This document shows positions 27,481-37,900 of a stretch of DNA of 64,000 bases, piece after piece (positions within the stretch are counted from its first letter, which is position 1; each line of letters opens with the position of its first letter). Source of the DNA: Bugula neritina (lineage: Eukaryota > Animalia > Bryozoa); contig OZ037770.1 in assembly GCA_964035545.1 (NCBI GenBank), forward strand, positions 4,000,662-4,064,661, read 5' to 3'. Under the pieces are notes generated by a model. The model was given only the letters and a program-made list of their open reading frames with translations. It was not told the DNA's origin and made no database searches. Position numbers and translations under genes: made by a program.

Positions 27481-29575
27481 AATGTCTGAATAGCATTCAG
27501 TAACGAATGATGTCATCATTTCATTAGCTCATTTGAGAACTGATTGATTTGCAGATGCAGATAAGAAAATCACAGATTTCATAACTATTATTTGTAGATA
27601 ATGGACTTGTTAGTTAAGTCACAGATTATTGAAGTGAAATTATACAGACTTGAAATAATAAAAGCTATTAAAAATTTTTACATAAATTATTTGAATGAAA
27701 TTTATTGATAATATGTAAAGAGCAATCTTTGATAGATATTAGCAAGCTACTGAAATTATGATAATAATGTTAGCATGGCAATTAGAACATGTGCTGAAAC
27801 AACATAGTCAGTGCTTAGTGTCACATCAAAATATAAATGATAATAAATTTGGCTAAGTAAAAACCGCCCCTACCATAAAACAAGTAGTGCTTTTTTAAAG
27901 TGCCACAACGGGCTAATCACGTCTCCTATTTCCCATGCACCCAATGAGGAAAGCAGACAGTGGCAAAAGAGCACGTAACTGGCTGAGAGCTGCCTAGCCT
28001 ATGGCGGGCAGCAGCTGTACAATAAAATCTAAAAGCCTCTCCCACCAATGGAAGCAACTCCTGGTGCCCTGCTCTATGCCAATCGAGCGACAGCTTACAA
28101 CCTGTATCTACTGTTCCCGATGTTGTATCTACACAGAAGGCAAAACTGAAGTGATCTCTCCAGTGAGAAAAAAATAATGGTGTGTGGGTGTATATTGGGC
28201 ATTGATCATATGGAGAACAGGCTGTCTGTAATTGATTGGAATGCCAGTGAAAAAAAAAAGTTAACCAATGTACCTATAATTAGAAAACCATTACATTAGT
28301 CATGTATATGTAGCTGTTTTGCTTTTATGGCTATGACAAATTTGCACACGAAAGTCAACATGATTTCCTCATGTGTATGATTTCACTATGACTAAGTTGT
28401 ATAAATAGTTTTTTACACCATCAGCTTCCTGAAATGATTCATTCATTGAAGTATATTTTACTCTCAGCTCTCATTCTATGCTACACTTTCAGTAAGCTAA
28501 CATGTAGCATAAACTGCAGAGTAACCTTTCACCTATGTTATGTTAAATTTTTGTTGCATTTAAATCATTTTGAATGGTGGTCTAACAAAGTAAGTATTGT
28601 TATTGTAGTGTTTTTGACAATTATTTATGGCATTTGTATTATATTTTTTAATATCAATTTTAATAATTTAGATGGTGTATACTGATTTTTATAGCAAGAT
28701 TTGTTCTTTACTTGAAGCTTATTAGTTAGTGTCAAATTATCACTGATAAAAGTTTTATCACATATTTTCATTCATTATGGCATATTCACAATTTCATTAT
28801 TTGTAGTTTTCACGACAGTTTTACCAATAAAACATCAGTAGAGACTGAAGACCACATTGTGCCTGTTTACAAACCAGGGATGATAGTTTACACTGTTTTT
28901 CATGTCATCCTTCTCCACGTCGCTGGCATATCCAACGGAAAAGCAGGGCTGCTATAACAGGGCGTTACAGTTCGGCACCAGCGCAGTCGCAGTAGCTGTC
29001 AGAATGAGGTTATAAATAACAACAAAATGCCTTCAGGGCTCCAACTCCTGATTTGTCCTTAGGGTTTACTCCCCAAGCCTCTTTCTTGATTGAGTATCGC
29101 CGCAAGGCAGAGAAAGTTTGAGATTGGAGTTTTCTTTCTTCGAAATGAGCTGTCTACACAGACTAATTAACCCTATTTGCGCAAAATGTCTCAATAGCAT
29201 TCAATAAAAAGTGATGTCATCATTTCATTAGCTCACTTGAGAAATGATTGGTTTGCGGATGCGGATAAGAAAATGACGAATTTGATGACTATTATTTGTA
29301 GATAATGGACTTGTTAGTTATAAGTCACAGATTATTGAAGTGAAATTTTACAGACTTGAAATAATAAAAGCAATTAAAAATTTTTACATAAATTATTTGA
29401 ATGAAATTTATTGATATAATATGTAAAGAGCAATCTTTGATATATACTAGCAAGCTACTGCAATTATAATAATAATGTTAGCATAGGCGTCAGAACATGT
29501 GCTGAAACAACATAGTCAGTGCTTAGTGTCACATGAAAATATAAATGAGAACAAATTTGGCTAAATAAAATCCAT
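27200..29575 (+). repeat. Local duplications: ~27200-27860 vs ~28900-29570, and ~26900-27190 vs ~27925-28220
   Basis: Long near-identical blocks, e.g. tgatgtcatcatttcattagctca...aaatttggctaa in both copies. Confidence 0.85.
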
Positions 29576-29978
29576 ATAAGCAGGATTGGTTAATGTTTAA
29601 CAAGTCATAAAATCAACTGCAACCATATTATACTAAATACTATAACATAGTAATCTATATAGGCAGAACACCCAAAATCACAAATGAACTGAATATATCA
29701 TTTCCGTAAAATGAAAGTACGGCATATATTTCATATAATATGATTATTCAATATGAGATGAAATAACAAGCTAATCTACAGAAGTAAATGTTATCAGTAT
29801 ATAGCTCTATACTCAAAATAAGATACAAAAGTTAAAATATTTGATAGATATTTTGACTGTCAAGTAATCATTACTTATTCACACAAACTCACTATCTGTT
29901 CAGAGTCAAGGGTCATGCAAATTTCTTTAAAAATTAAACGAAGCCTCCTGCAAATTGAAATTGGAGTTATGTACTGAG

Positions 29979-31914
29979 TTAAAAGTTGTCCTCTCTGCTA
30001 AACCCATCAAAGCCAGGAAACAGGTAAAGTCTTTTACGGGGAGGAAGAGTCTTCCAGATTACAACCAAATTTCTGCTTCTCTCTGAATCTTCATCTGCAT
30101 AGAGTTTCTTAACTAGTTTAGTCTGAACCTGTAGAGTAAGTAATGACTAGTAAAACGGTTCATCAATTCACTACTAAAAGTAATAAGGTACAGCTCTCAG
30201 CTGTTAGAATATACTTTAATAATTTTGAGTATAGTAAAACTTTTGGAGTTGTCCGTTACAGTCATGTCATTTGATAAAATGGACTAATTATTAGCAGACT
30301 ACAAGAACATATTAAAGGAGGAGAGAAACTATCAATATAATACTGAGCCATTATCCTAAAGAAATTGAAACAACACAGACTAAACTCTATAATTTAAACA
30401 AGTAAAGCATTGAATGACTTTCTCTTGTACTCAGAACAAATTAAATTGTTTCTTTCAAAAAACATGATAGTTTGAACATGGAGATGAAAGAGATGCCACG
30501 ATGAGGAATAGTTTTTGGCGTAAAAGTTAAAATAGCAAAAAACTTTTGAGCTTTTAATTTACCTGCTGAAAGATGGTGTAGAGATCACGGTGACAGGCAT
30601 GTTTGTAGATTGAAGATACTAGAGCTCTAATCATGGAAGATCCATACTCAGGATGTCTCTTTGATGCTATAATAATATTAAATGCAGCCAAAATCATGGT
30701 CTAGTCAGCCAAAGTATAAGATGTTTTAAGCTAAAGTGTAACACAATTTAAATCTCAAAGTTCTAGAAAACATTTTAGTCACCTCAGTTTAGAAGCTTAT
30801 CAAGTCAACAAGATTAAAACGCAAGAAAAAGGCAAAGAACAATTTTTAGATAGGTGACAAAGTACAACAGTTTAGAAATATCAGCCAATCACTGACTCTT
30901 ATTATACTTACAGCAGACATTACTCTTCAGAACAAGAAGATTATCAACATCCAGTCTTGTCATACATTCTTCTATTCTAGGTGCTGGTGGTGAGACAGGT
31001 CTGATGGGTCTTATTACGCTGGGTGTCTCAGGATATACAATATCATCATCATCAGATTCAGAGTGTGTAGAAGAGACAGCTTCAGTTTCCTCTTCTTGAG
31101 CTGCTGCAAGACCAGATCTGTCTGGATTCACATCAACGTTTGCTGTAAAAAAAACAAACGCATTTAAACTTGCACCGTGATGAGTGAAAAAGAAATTTGA
31201 TCAGTACAGGAAAAGCTTTTCAAAGGTCTCTGTATTGTTTTCACTACTTGACTAAAAATGAAAGTTTCCTATACAAAAATGTAATTACTTCCACTGCAAG
31301 CTTCTAGGATAACAACTGTAGGTTTAGGCTTCAGACTCAAAGGAGCAAGAAAATCATACAAGTCTGTAAGGTTGACCTTCTCAAGGTCAGTTCCATAGAT
31401 ACAGTTATCTTCTTCACCATGACTCATGACAACCAGTATTTGACAACCCAAGCCATTGTTTTTCTCTCCTCTTATCTCAGACTTCACAGCAGACAGCATT
31501 TCCTACAAATTTGAAAATAACTATGTTTAATAATTGATACAAAATTATGATAAATGAATAAAATAATAATTTCCGAACCTGCAAAAAAAATTGTGACCAG
31601 CAGCAAACACCCCGCTTTGGGTTTTCTATACAGTCTTAATTTTCGAGCAATTATAAACTGAACAGTTACAGTCCATCATTGTGTAAATTTTTGAGGTTTG
31701 ATGATTAAGTAGTGCTCGTATTACCTTCACCATAACAACATACCTCTGCTGTCAGGTCTGTGTGTGTCTCAACATCAAACTTGAGAGATTTCAACATGAC
31801 AGACATGTTCTCAACATCAGCATCTGAACCTTCCCTGCATAAGTCTGGTCTTTCAACAAAGTTCTTATTGTTTATTATCAGAGCTCTTCCTCTCTCTCTG
31901 GTCATACTGAACAC
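29979..31914 (-). CDS. Caspase (peptidase C14A) domain exons of the ROCO-caspase gene
   Basis: Five exons encode p20 (His in VMSHG, Cys in LEACSG), an acidic linker and p10 ending LYLFPGFDGFSREDNF*. Confidence 0.92.
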
Positions 31915-34900
31915 CTGGATACAAATATTGTTAGAGTATTGCATACAGTAGTAACGTACAGGAGTAAAGTTATCCAGTATATGATGAAACACTTTAAAAA
32001 TAAATAGCTATTATGAAGTTAGATTTTAAAACTCTAAACTGGCCTCAAAGTTCTATGTCTTGTAAAACACTGGTCAAACAAACTTTTGTAACATTCATTT
32101 TACACCTCAGTTACTTTTTGTATTTTAACTTTTATATGTTTATTAGCTATTTGAGTAGCATAAACTATTGTATTACAGCAAATGATATTTTTAACAATGA
32201 AACATTCCATTGCATTTGGTAATCGTTCAAGCATAAGAAAATACTATTAAGGTATGGTTTAAAAACAAGAGTAGGCTGCAATTACATTGATTCCGATCAA
32301 TTGATAATAGGTTGCAATCAACCCTACATTTCTACAAATCAAGTATATAAATTGCATGGTAAAGCAATAGAAGTAAATAATGACGATTCTTGGCTATATT
32401 GACATGCCATATATTTTGACATTTAAAGTCTCATATATGCACTGAATTTCCAAAGCCAAACGTTGTTAACAAAGTGTCCACCAATTCTAAAGATACCATC
32501 AGATGCAACAGAAAAAATTATGGTAGAAGTACAGAGAAGTTTAAAGGTTTCAGGAAAAAACGACATTATTAAATATTTGCCCCACTAGAATTACTCAACA
32601 AAGACTGCTGGGCAATGTTAACACTACATCCCATTCACTTCTTCAAAACACCTCTGACCTCTCTACCTCTCCTCTTTATTTACACCTGGCTTTTTATCTC
32701 TCTCGGAAAACTACTTATGCTACTCCTACTCTTCTCAAAAACCCAAAATAAGTCATAGAAATTTACAAGCAGGTGCACAAACCAGTACACCAAAGTAGCT
32801 AAAAATCACAAAACTATATATACATCCTAATTTGCATGTGACAACAGATTGAACCTTAACCAAACAGACACACCACAAAAACTAAAATGGCTAAAAATTA
32901 AGAGTTAACTGATGTAAACTGAAAAATTGCCTTCAGACTGTTGCAGTGGCTTTTTGGCAGCTTTCCAAAAATAATTGTGTAACGAAAGCTATTTGTGAAA
33001 ACTTTCGCGATAGCTATTTACTGACAGTTTTTGATCGATGAGTCAGTGTAGCTCAATTTTCCTCCTGCTAAAGATGCAGGCAATCTATACTTAATTGTCA
33101 AAATAATTGTAAGTATCAAGTAAAACGTATATTATCTTCTGTTTTGAACTTCATTAACTAAATGTTTTGTCAGCTATGTAATTAATGTTAAGTTAACAAT
33201 GTTTGTAATTTTTAGGGTTATAAGTTACAGTAAAGTATAAGTACAGTATGAGTACAATTATGAGTATATATGAGTTTAAGTATGAATGAAGTCTAACTTA
33301 AAAAATATACTGTATGCAATAGACAAAAATAGAGTTGTGGCTTGCATCTGTGTCCTCCATTCGTTCACCCTTCATTAAATGAACCATAATACATAGGCAT
33401 CTGTGCCAAACAGCACCCGTGCTGACGTAGCAACAATTATCAGCTGATACAGTAACCACTATCGAATCGGCTGTCACACAGACTGATCTTTTTCTAGAAG
33501 TAGTTCAACTACTAGACATGTTTATCTAGTAAAGAGAGTCTATAGACATAATATATTCATCAACTGATACATTCACCTTGTCAGTATCCGAGAACAGCTG
33601 CTTTATCTTTGGGTTGGTGGTTGGCTTCAATTCAAGTTGTATTAACTTCAGGCCTTCTTCATTTTTTCCATCAGGGTACAGATTGTCATCATTTTCAGAG
33701 AGATCACTCTGATCATCAGCTAACATTTCTAGACAGTCATTCAAACAATTGATTTTTGTCATCATTTGAAAACTATACAGTTAAAATTTTGCTTAATCAT
33801 TAACAGCAAAAAGCAATGGATTACAATGGACGCATGCATAAAAAAGCTTTTAGATATCTACATGTATGGCAAGCTTTGCAAAACAAGGAGTTTTATCAAA
33901 TGGTGGCTGTACACATAGGTCATTTTACTTAATTTAGTACACACTGGAAATCTCCAGTTTTTAGCTATTTTTTACAATTTAGCTGCTAATGAACATGGGT
34001 TTTGCCCAAAAGTAGTAAAGCCTAAATGAACACACCTAAAAAATCAAGGTTCCTCTAAATTTTGCTTGATTTGTCATGTTTTTTTCTAATTATTCAGCTA
34101 CTTTTGATTTCAGAGAGTTATGGTTTTTTCATGACGGCCTGCAGTCAAAAGTAGCTGAATAATTAAGAAAAAACATGGGAAATCAAGCAAAATTAAGAAG
34201 AACCTTGATTATTTAGGTGTGTTCATGACACAGGTCATACTCCTGTACTAACTTAAGTAAAATGACCCACATCAAGTTCTATCTAAAAAATTTACCAGTT
34301 GAATTGTTTTGATCTCCTCGCAGTTTGAGCTCAGCAACTAGCTTCTTCAACTTATTTGATTCTGTTTCTGACAATTTCTCACCTGAATAAAACAAATAAG
34401 ATTAGCATTTCTAAACTTTAAAGAATTTAAGTTACGAGATACTGACATGTGAATAGGAGCTTATGCTTTTAAGTTGCCATTTTATAATTAAGACAAAATA
34501 TTCAACTAATTGCTCAAAATTTTTACTAAAAGTTTTTTTGCAACACAAAGTAGTAAATATTTATTTGTTGAAACAATTATTGAAAATATTTCTGTTGAAA
34601 TTCAATTTTATGAGTGAACATACATGGGTGGATTAAAGCGCTAGGGACCTCCTCTTCATTACATAACATTTTTGAAGATCCATCACATTTCTTGACATTA
34701 GGTGGCAGCAGGTTTTTTAAGGATCGAAGACACCATTTGGGGTGAAGGACTTCTTTAGGACAGGAAACCCCCAGTAGCAAGCAGTGAGCACAAATGCAGG
34801 TAGTGACTGGTCGACTAGCAGTCCAAGTCTCCATAACATGTCTGAGGATGTTGTTGTTGACCGAAATGAGATTCTCCCACATTCTGGAAATGTTGGACGC

Positions 34901-37900
34901 ATCAGATGAAACATAAAGTAAAACTCTTCTCAATGCGTAATCGTGTACCAGTCTTGTGTATATTTCATCTTGATAGACATTAGCACCATTCTTCTTCACT
35001 TCCATTGTGGCAAAATCTTTAGAAAACATTTCTAATAAACCAACCGTCATCTGATGGTAGACATGCTGTGGTAATGCCAGACCATTAAACTGTGTCTCGG
35101 TATGAAGCAGTAGCTCTTTTGGTGGAGTGTAGAGGAGGCTGTAAGATTCTTTGGCAAACTGAGGGATTATGAAGTAAGAATCATCAGATTCATCATTCCT
35201 AGGGCCATACAACAAACGGAACGTGCTGAGCAAACAAAGCCCAATTTCAACATCACCCGGATTTCTAAATAAAGTTTCCTGAGCTATCAGATATTCAAAA
35301 AGGGATTGCATCATTAGGCCAGTTGCTTGGAAGTAGTTCACAGAGTCTTCAAAGTCTTGCTTCTCAATTCTCACTCCTCTTGAAAAATATGGTTTGAACT
35401 GATCTACTCTGCTCTGCCATATGTCTGGATCATGGTGATACAAAACACACAGCAGTTTAGTAACTTCTGTGATCTTGTGAAATATGTATGGCCTGAGCGC
35501 ATCAACATTCTTATACCAGAGAACCTTTCCGCAATCATGCATGTACATGAGAATGGTATCCAATTGGTTTCTATCAATGTCATCCCGTTCTTTCTTTATC
35601 TCTGCCAGGATTTCATCAAAAGTGTTGTGTGCAGACTGCAAGAACAACACTTTTGTGTTGACATCTTCCCAGACTTTTGGAAGGAGTTTGATGAAGTGTT
35701 GGCAACTTTGAAGGAAAGATTTTTTAATCGATTCGAATATCTTGTACTCATCAACTTTTCCAATTTCATAGATACTTCCATTTTCAAAGATTTTTCCATT
35801 TGATTCAGTGAAATGTTGAATTCGAGCAAAGTCACCTTCTAAACTTTTCTCATCTTCAAGAATATTTTTGCAAAACTGCTCAGACACTTCAAAAAAATTT
35901 CTTTGAAGCTGTTGAAACTTTTCTTTCTGAAACTTATCTTTGTGCGTGAAGACAAGCTCAGGCGGGCCAAGAGATGGATGAGCGAGATAGAGGTGAGACA
36001 TGAAATCAAAGGCCAGCTTTCTTACAGCCTCTTCATCTGTAGACTCATTCGACATCTGATCATACTGCTCCATGTTGACTACAATGACCGGTACGCAATT
36101 CTGTCTCAGTGTTAAATGGTATGTGATATGGTAGACCTCCTGGCCTCCCATATCTATGAGACGAAGAGTTGTACCATCCACCTCTACCTCTTCCACATTA
36201 AACACCTTTGTGGTCTCATCATGCTCTACATTTGAACTTCTGTCAGTCAAAACTCTTTTTTTGTCAGTGCTCTGTAAATTTCGAATTAGACTGGTTTTAC
36301 CTGCCATGGTGTTCCCCAACACTGCTATTGTCGCAAATGGAAGATTTCTACCAGTACCCTTAGCCAAATCTGTGTAGTATTGTCGCACAGCATCTAATCC
36401 TTTTTTACAGACTTCTAGTGGAGGAGATGTAAGAGAATCGCAATCATTTATATCCAGTGTATGGAGGCGTGTTAGCTGTAGTATCTCAGGTTTCAAGGAT
36501 GTCATGGAACTGTTTTTGGATATATTCAGTATGTGCAGATTACTCAATGCACACACCGGAGATGGTAGATTGGTGAATTTATTGGAAGATATGTCTAGTG
36601 TCTGTAACTTTTGTAGATTCTGTATCCTAATAATATATTATATTCATATTATCAGCACATACTAGAGGTAAGTGAGATCTAATTATAGCTGTCATAAATC
36701 TACAATGATAGTAAAGCAATTATACACAGAATGCAGACGTATGAAAATGACAATGACTACAGTGACTTTCTTGTATCAAACCTTTTAAAGTAGCATGGGA
36801 TTTAATTGTAATTCTAGAATTTTAATTTATTGGTATTCTCACAATTATCAAGTGTTTTTTGATATTCTGAAGTATTTACAACACTACAACTACAATTAAT
36901 TGATAAAAGATATTAAAGAAGTATTTTACTGTCATAATTCATAATGCTTCCATAAACAATGTTGTTTTATATAACATGTAGTTGAGTATAACTGTTTACA
37001 CTGATATTTTATTTTAGTAATATATACTATATATTTATACTCCATATATAAAGGGAACAGCCGTGGTCTAAGGGCTAAAGCATTCGATTTGTGAACACGG
37101 AGTCAGGGGTTCGAACCCCGACAAAAGCCATTGGTGATGTTAAGAAGAGCATCCAGTCATAATTGCTCCTGTGTCTCATTTGAACAAGTCCTTAGCCCAT
37201 TCTAACAAAAACTCTTTCCATCAGGCGTTTTCTCACAAGGATAGCGACTAAAAACTTGCGTGAGTTTTTATATATACTATATATGGGTCATTTTACTTAA
37301 TTTAGTACACACCGGAAGTTTCCAGTTTTTAGCTATTTTTCACAATTTAGCTGCTAATGAACAAAGGTTTTTGCCCAAAACTAGTTAAATGTTAATCAAC
37401 ACACATAAATAATCGAGGTTCTTATTAATTTTGATTGATTTTCCATGTTTTTTCCTAATTATTTAGCTACTTTTGATTGCAGACCGTTATGGTTTTTTCG
37501 TAACGGTCTGCAATCAAAAGTAGCTGAATAATTAGGAAAAAACATGGAAAATCAATCAAAATTAGGAAGAACCTTGATTATTTAGATGTATTTATTGAAA
37601 TTTTATTAGTTTTGAGCAAAAACCCTTGTTCATTAGCAGCTGAATTGTGAAAAATAGCTAAAAACTGGAAATTTCCAGTGTGTACTAAATTAAGTAAAAT
37701 GACCCATATAATATACAGTTATAATCAAACTAGATAGAGACAAAGTTATCATGTATGAGTCTGCATGAAGTATTACAGAAAGTAGGTCAGGGAAGAACAT
37801 AATACTCTTCTGTATATTCTAGTAAAAAATATTAAGAAATACACTTTTTGAACAGAAAGTTCAAGTTTTGATCAACTTTGCTACAATATGATGAAATACA

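Noticed and set aside
34577-36556. Stand-alone 659-aa ROCO gene
   Set aside because: The ORF starts at GTG mid-LRR, and splice sites at 36627 and 34623 connect it in phase on both sides.
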